Positions 59,576-64,000 of a DNA stretch of 64,000 nt are shown here, piece by piece. A program made the position numbers and the translations under genes. Below the pieces are notes generated by a model. It ran no database searches. It was not told the origin of the DNA and saw nothing but the letters and a program-made list of their open reading frames with translations. The DNA is from an uncultured Gemmatimonadales bacterium (GTDB taxonomy: Bacteria > Gemmatimonadota > Gemmatimonadetes > Gemmatimonadales > Gemmatimonadaceae), in assembly GCA_963707505.1 (NCBI GenBank), contig CAVPQB010000003.1, forward strand, positions 704,001 to 768,000, read 5' to 3'. Positions within the stretch are counted from its first letter, which is position 1. Each line of letters starts with the position of its first letter.

Positions 59576-62108
59576 GCGGGCCGCACTCGACAGCCAGCCA
59601 GTAGCATCGACGTCAGCTGCTCCGGGCGGGATCGAGCTCACCGAGTGGCAGATGGCGCGCACCGATGCAGACTCGGTGACTCATCCCGATCGGTTGCGCG
59701 TCAGCGACGAATTCTGGACTGCGGCTTCCGCGCCCGGCACGGTGGCAGGGGCACTTCGCGCCGCAGGTATGTGGGACTGGGCAGCCCCGCTTGCAATCGA
59801 CGACCATGACTGGTGGTATCGCTGCCAGTTTCGCTGTGATGACTTTGCGACCGGTGCCTCGCTCCACTTCGGCGGCCTTGCTTCTCTTGCTGACGTCTGG
59901 CTCAACGGAACGCACATCCTGTCGAGCGACAACATGTTCGTCGCGCACAACATCGACGCTGGTAACGCCCTCGCGCTCGACAACGAGCTGATCATCCGCT
60001 TCGCTTCGTTGACGTCGGCGCTCGCGGTGCGGCGAGTACGCCCGAGGTGGCGAACTCGCCTCGTCAACAATCAGAATCTGCGCTGGATCCGTACCACGTT
60101 GCTGGGCAGGATGCCGGGCTGGTCATCGGCGCCGCAGGCCGTCGGTCCGTGGAAGAGCGTCACGCTGCGCCCGGCGTCCGCGACACGAATCGTCTCCAAA
60201 AAGGTAAGATCGCGACTGGATCACGGGGACGGCGTCGTCTCGGTCGCTGTACGCGTGCACGCGCCACCGGGTACGAACATCACGGCGGCAAACGTGATCG
60301 TCGGTACGGTCGAGCGACCAGCCATCGTTCGGTGGACTGACAATGATTTCGTCGTCCACGCGACGATCCGCATAGCGGACGCGGCGATCTGGTGGCCGCA
60401 CACGCATGGTGACCAACCACTGTATGACGCAGCCATCCGCGTCATCGCGACCGATTCGGAGATCCATCTCCCACTAGGACGCGTCGCGTTCAGAACGGTA
60501 CGTCTTGACACTGACGACGGCGACTTCGGGCTGCACATCAATAACGAGCGCGTATTCTGGCGAGGAGTTTGCTGGAGCCCACCCGATTCATTGCGCCTGC
60601 ATTGCACCAGGCACGAATATCGGCGAACTCTGGAGCTTGCGCGCGACGCCGGCATGAACATGATCCGCGTTGGCGGGACGATGGTCTACGAGCACGACGA
60701 CTTCTACGATCTCTGTGATGAGCTCGGCATCGTGGTGTGGCAGGACTTCATGTTCGCCAACATGGATTATCCGGTCGACGATGCTGCGTTCGCGGCCAGT
60801 GTCGAGCGCGAAGCGAGTCAGTTGCTCCAGCGCATTGGTGATCACCCGTCGCTCATACTCGTGTGCGGCAACAGTGAGGTGGAGCAGCAGGCGGCGATGA
60901 TCGGCCGTCCATCGACGGATTGGCGCAGCAGGCTGTTTTCGGAGAGGCTACCCGATCTCGTCGCCGAGCACGCTGGTGTGGTGCCGTACTGGCCGTCGTC
61001 GCCGAGTGGCGGCGTGCTTCCGTTTCACGTAAACGCAGGCGACGGACACTATTTCGGATACGGACCATATCTCCGTCCATTCTCCGACGTACGCGCGAGC
61101 GAGGTGCGATTCGCATCGGAGGCGCTGGCGCTTTCGAACGTTCCGGAGCCATCGTTCGTCGATCGGATGTCGTGCGGCGCTGCTGGCGCCGGACATCATC
61201 CGGACTGGAAGCGCGGCGTTCCACGCGACAATGGGTCGGGATGGGATTTCGAGGATGTTCGCGATCATTACGTAAGGGAAATCTTCAACGTCGATCCCGT
61301 CGCTGTGCGTTATTCCGATCCCGAGCGGTACCTGGCACTTGGCCGCGTTGCTGGCGGAGAGCTGATAACGCGCACTATCGCGGAGTGGCGCAGAGCAGAG
61401 TCTCCATGCGCGGGCGCACTCGTGTGGCTGTATCGCGATCTCCGTCCTGGCGCCGGCTGGGGAGTTCTCGATCATGAAGGGGCGCCGAAGGCTGCGTATT
61501 ACTATCTCGCTCGCGCCTATCGTCCAGTCACCGTCGTGATGTCGGACGAGGGATTGAATGGTATTGCGGTCCACGCGATAAACGATGGTCCGGTGCCGAT
61601 CACGCCAGAGCTCAGGCTGTCGCTGTTCCGCGACTCCGTTCCCGTTGGGGAGACATCCGCACACGTGAGAATAGCAGAACGCTCGACGGTGAACATCAGC
61701 GCTGACAAGCTGCTCGGTTCATTCACAGATGTGACCTACGCGTACAGATTCGGCCGGCCAAATCACGACGCCGTGGTTGCAACGCTTACTGATCCGGAGA
61801 CCGGGACGCTACTGGCACAATCGTTTCACTTTCCACTTGGGGTTGGTGCGCCGCGGGCGGCAGCGACCCTGAATACGGCGGTCGAGCGTATCGGAGATGG
61901 CTGCTACTCGGTCAGGATTGGCACCGACCGGTTGGCGCTGGCAGTGGCAATTGAAGCGATCGGTTGGCGACCAAGCGATAATTACTTCCATATCGCGCCT
62001 GGCAGCGAGCGAACCATTCTGCTGACGACGTCTGGGGACGGAGCGAGGCTTTCGGGACATGTAACGGCGCTCAACGCATCGACACCGCTGGGATTTCACG
62101 CGCCGTGA
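59565..62108 (+). CDS. Glycoside hydrolase family 2 (beta-mannosidase-like), no signal peptide
   Basis: WWP..HG.QPLY, GMNMIRVGG..YE.DDFY..CDELGI.VWQDFMFA, CGNSE, YWPSSP, GDGH, RFASE, SDNYF. Confidence 0.9.
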   Translation: MLPKRAALDSQPVASTSAAPGGIELTEWQMARTDADSVTHPDRLRVSDEFWTAASAPGTVAGALRAAGMWDWAAPLAIDDHDWWYRCQFRCDDFATGASLHFGGLASLADVWLNGTHILSSDNMFVAHNIDAGNALALDNELIIRFASLTSALAVRRVRPRWRTRLVNNQNLRWIRTTLLGRMPGWSSAPQAVGPWKSVTLRPASATRIVSKKVRSRLDHGDGVVSVAVRVHAPPGTNITAANVIVGTVERPAIVRWTDNDFVVHATIRIADAAIWWPHTHGDQPLYDAAIRVIATDSEIHLPLGRVAFRTVRLDTDDGDFGLHINNERVFWRGVCWSPPDSLRLHCTRHEYRRTLELARDAGMNMIRVGGTMVYEHDDFYDLCDELGIVVWQDFMFANMDYPVDDAAFAASVEREASQLLQRIGDHPSLILVCGNSEVEQQAAMIGRPSTDWRSRLFSERLPDLVAEHAGVVPYWPSSPSGGVLPFHVNAGDGHYFGYGPYLRPFSDVRASEVRFASEALALSNVPEPSFVDRMSCGAAGAGHHPDWKRGVPRDNGSGWDFEDVRDHYVREIFNVDPVAVRYSDPERYLALGRVAGGELITRTIAEWRRAESPCAGALVWLYRDLRPGAGWGVLDHEGAPKAAYYYLARAYRPVTVVMSDEGLNGIAVHAINDGPVPITPELRLSLFRDSVPVGETSAHVRIAERSTVNISADKLLGSFTDVTYAYRFGRPNHDAVVATLTDPETGTLLAQSFHFPLGVGAPRAAATLNTAVERIGDGCYSVRIGTDRLALAVAIEAIGWRPSDNYFHIAPGSERTILLTTSGDGARLSGHVTALNASTPLGFHAP

Positions 62109-62135
62109 TTCGATCGCCGGCTCGTTTTGCGCAGT

Positions 62136-62942
62136 TTACAGCACGCGCCGCGCGAATCTGAAGGTTTCGCGCAGCCCCAGTGCTACGCTATCATCGGCGT
62201 CGAGCGCGTTGATGCCGAAGCCGCCGTTGGCGAGCGAACAGTGGGCGCACGCGGCACCGCCCAGTGAGAGTGCAACATGCGTTGGCCGCCCATCGCTGCG
62301 ATCGGAGAAGAACAGCAGATCGGCGGGCTCCAGATCGACGATGTCGCCCGTGACTTCGCGACCACGCTCAGCCTGCATCCACGCATCACGTGGAAGTTGA
62401 GTTCCGTGCAGCGCGAACATCGTCTGGATGAAGCCCGAGCAGTCCGCGCCCCACGGTGTAACGCCGCCCCACTGGTACGACGCGCCCGCGAACAACTCGG
62501 CAGCACGCTGCACGATCAGATCTCCATCGGGAGCGAAGTAGCGCGCGCGTGCGCGATGGTTCATCGCAATGCCGCGCGTCACGGCCTCGTCGGGGCCGAG
62601 CAATGCTCCCAGCGGCAGCTCGATCTCCGTGGTCGTGGCTGTTCTCACCACGCAACCGATCGACATACGGCGCTCGGCGCGCCACGCGGCCTGAAGAGGA
62701 CCGTCTTCGAATGCGGGTTCACGCGTGACGTACCCGCTGTGACACCAGCCCTCGTAGTCATCGGCACCGCGAAGGCGGAGCCAGTTGCCGTCGGCGTCCA
62801 CGATGTCAGCGGGATGACCGCGCAGTAGTTGAGTCAGCTGGCCCGAGGACACGGCCGGCTCGGACATCAGTGGTGCGATTGGCACTCTCACTGTGACACG
62901 GCCCGCGTGCACGCGACCGGCGTTGCTGGGCAGTGGCGCCAT
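62136..62942 (-). CDS. NlpC/P60 (C40) peptidase with SH3-like domain (YkfC-like gamma-D-glutamyl peptidase)
   Basis: TQLL.G..W....DDYEGW; YQWGG.TPWGADCSG, LPRDA.MQ, DLLFF, HVAL. Confidence 0.9.
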   Translation of the reverse strand: MAPLPSNAGRVHAGRVTVRVPIAPLMSEPAVSSGQLTQLLRGHPADIVDADGNWLRLRGADDYEGWCHSGYVTREPAFEDGPLQAAWRAERRMSIGCVVRTATTTEIELPLGALLGPDEAVTRGIAMNHRARARYFAPDGDLIVQRAAELFAGASYQWGGVTPWGADCSGFIQTMFALHGTQLPRDAWMQAERGREVTGDIVDLEPADLLFFSDRSDGRPTHVALSLGGAACAHCSLANGGFGINALDADDSVALGLRETFRFARRVL

Positions 62943-63190
62943 CAGTGCTCCGGCCAGTCCATTTCCGGAGGTGCCGGTGCCGCGCGCGAAGACGGGGCAG
63001 GGCTTGCTGCAGCGGTGGAAGGCGCGCTTGCAGCGATGGCGTTGCATCGCTCGCAGCGCACGACGCCCTTGAACACGCACATGATGCAGATGAACGTGCC
63101 GCAGTCCTTGCACGGATAGCCTTCGGATGCGCGCTCTTCCTGGCCGCAGCTGCGGCAGATCATGGCGTCGTGTTCGCGCAGCGCGCTCAT
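62942..63190 (-). CDS. Small protein with four CxxC pairs (putative double zinc finger)
   Basis: CRSC..CKDC..CIMC..CERC; overlaps both neighbouring genes at start/stop codons. Confidence 0.75.
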   Translation of the reverse strand: MSALREHDAMICRSCGQEERASEGYPCKDCGTFICIMCVFKGVVRCERCNAIAASAPSTAAASPAPSSRAAPAPPEMDWPEH

Positions 63191-64000
63191 GTGGAACCCG
63201 GCGTGCGGTACACCAGCCCGTATTCCTTTATCTTCTTGATCAGCGTCGCGCGCGATATTCCAAGCTCGCGCGCAGCGTGCGTGCGATTGAGCTTGTGCGC
63301 ATGGAGCGTGCGATGAATGTGCGCACGCTCGACGTCCATGAGTGTGCGCGGTGTGTGAACGATCCCCGGGCTCTGATCAGCCTGCAACTCGGCCGCAAGA
63401 TGCGCGCACCGCAGCACACTCTCGCCACGGGCAACCATTATGGCGCGCTCGATCGAATTGCGCAGCTCGCGTATGTTGCCTGGCCACGGATACGCGATGA
63501 GGCACTCGATCACATCGTCGTCGAGCGTGCGCGGCGAATCCGCCAGCTCGGTCGATAATGTCAGGAAGGTTGCGGTGATCAGCTCGGCGAGATCGTCGCG
63601 CGAGCGCGCGCGCAGCGGCGGGAGGTGAACCGGTGCAACACCAAGTCGGTAGTACAGATCCTCGCGGAAGCGCCCCGCATTTACCTCGCTCACGAGGTCC
63701 TTGCTCGCAGCGGCAATGACGCGCGCCGATGCAACTTCGCCGTTATCGGCCGGAGCGGTGGCTGCGTCCAGCGTGTGCAGCAGGCGCTCCTGCAGATCGG
63801 TACCGAGATCGCGCTATCTCTTCGATGAGAACGGTGCCGCCGCTCACCAGGTCGAGAAGGCCGGGTGTTTGTCCGCGCAATTCCGGATCGCCGAAAAGCT
63901 CTGCGCCAAGGGTTGTCGCATCCGCCGTCGCACAGTTGATCCTGACGAACGGACGTGCGGCGCGTGTGCTTCTCGAATGAATGTACTGGGCCAGCCGCCC
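63187..64000 (-). pseudogene. Degenerate sigma54-interacting AAA+/Fis-HTH regulator, 5'-truncated by window end, apparent +1 frameshift near 63812
   Basis: PFVRINCA..ELFG, GTVLIEEI, then shifted frame LQERLL..RVIAA..FREDLYYRL, WPGNIRELRN, AARELGISR. Confidence 0.8.

Noticed and set aside
55986..62135. Carrier-protein operon as a mobile genomic island
   Set aside because: No integrase, transposase, tRNA site or flanking direct repeat seen; accessory origin is inferred only from gene content

Overview
High-GC bacterial chromosome segment. Gene order and lineage-typical hypothetical proteins suggest Gemmatimonadota (inference). It is mostly housekeeping: rho-ruvX-mltG, tdh-kbl, tyrS, pbp1A-ilvE operon, an LPS/lipid A operon headed by a PorX-like REC-PglZ gene, and yebC-ruvCA-ruvB-queA-tgt-yajC-def-fmt-rsmB-rpe-tsaD-lgt. 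No rRNA, tRNA, CRISPR array or transposase was seen. The most notable items are: (1) a five-gene accessory operon at 56.2-62.1 kb (carrier protein, atypical acyl-CoA dehydrogenase, SerRS-like amino acid:carrier-protein ligase, DUF1839-like possible acyltransferase, cytoplasmic GH2), whose product I cannot assign; (2) a sensor kinase / sigma54 response regulator locus in which the regulator runs in frame into a signal-peptide-bearing outer-membrane beta-barrel, with two paralogous small membrane proteins in between; (3) an unlisted 49-aa ORF with a perfect SD converging on an H1-like basic protein; (4) REP-like palindromes, a recurrent leaderless-promoter signature and a 600-nt structured fmt-rsmB intergenic region. 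Five clear and one probable single-base frameshifts suggest long-read indel errors, so fusions and breaks need read-level checks. All family calls come from motif recognition by eye, not database searches.
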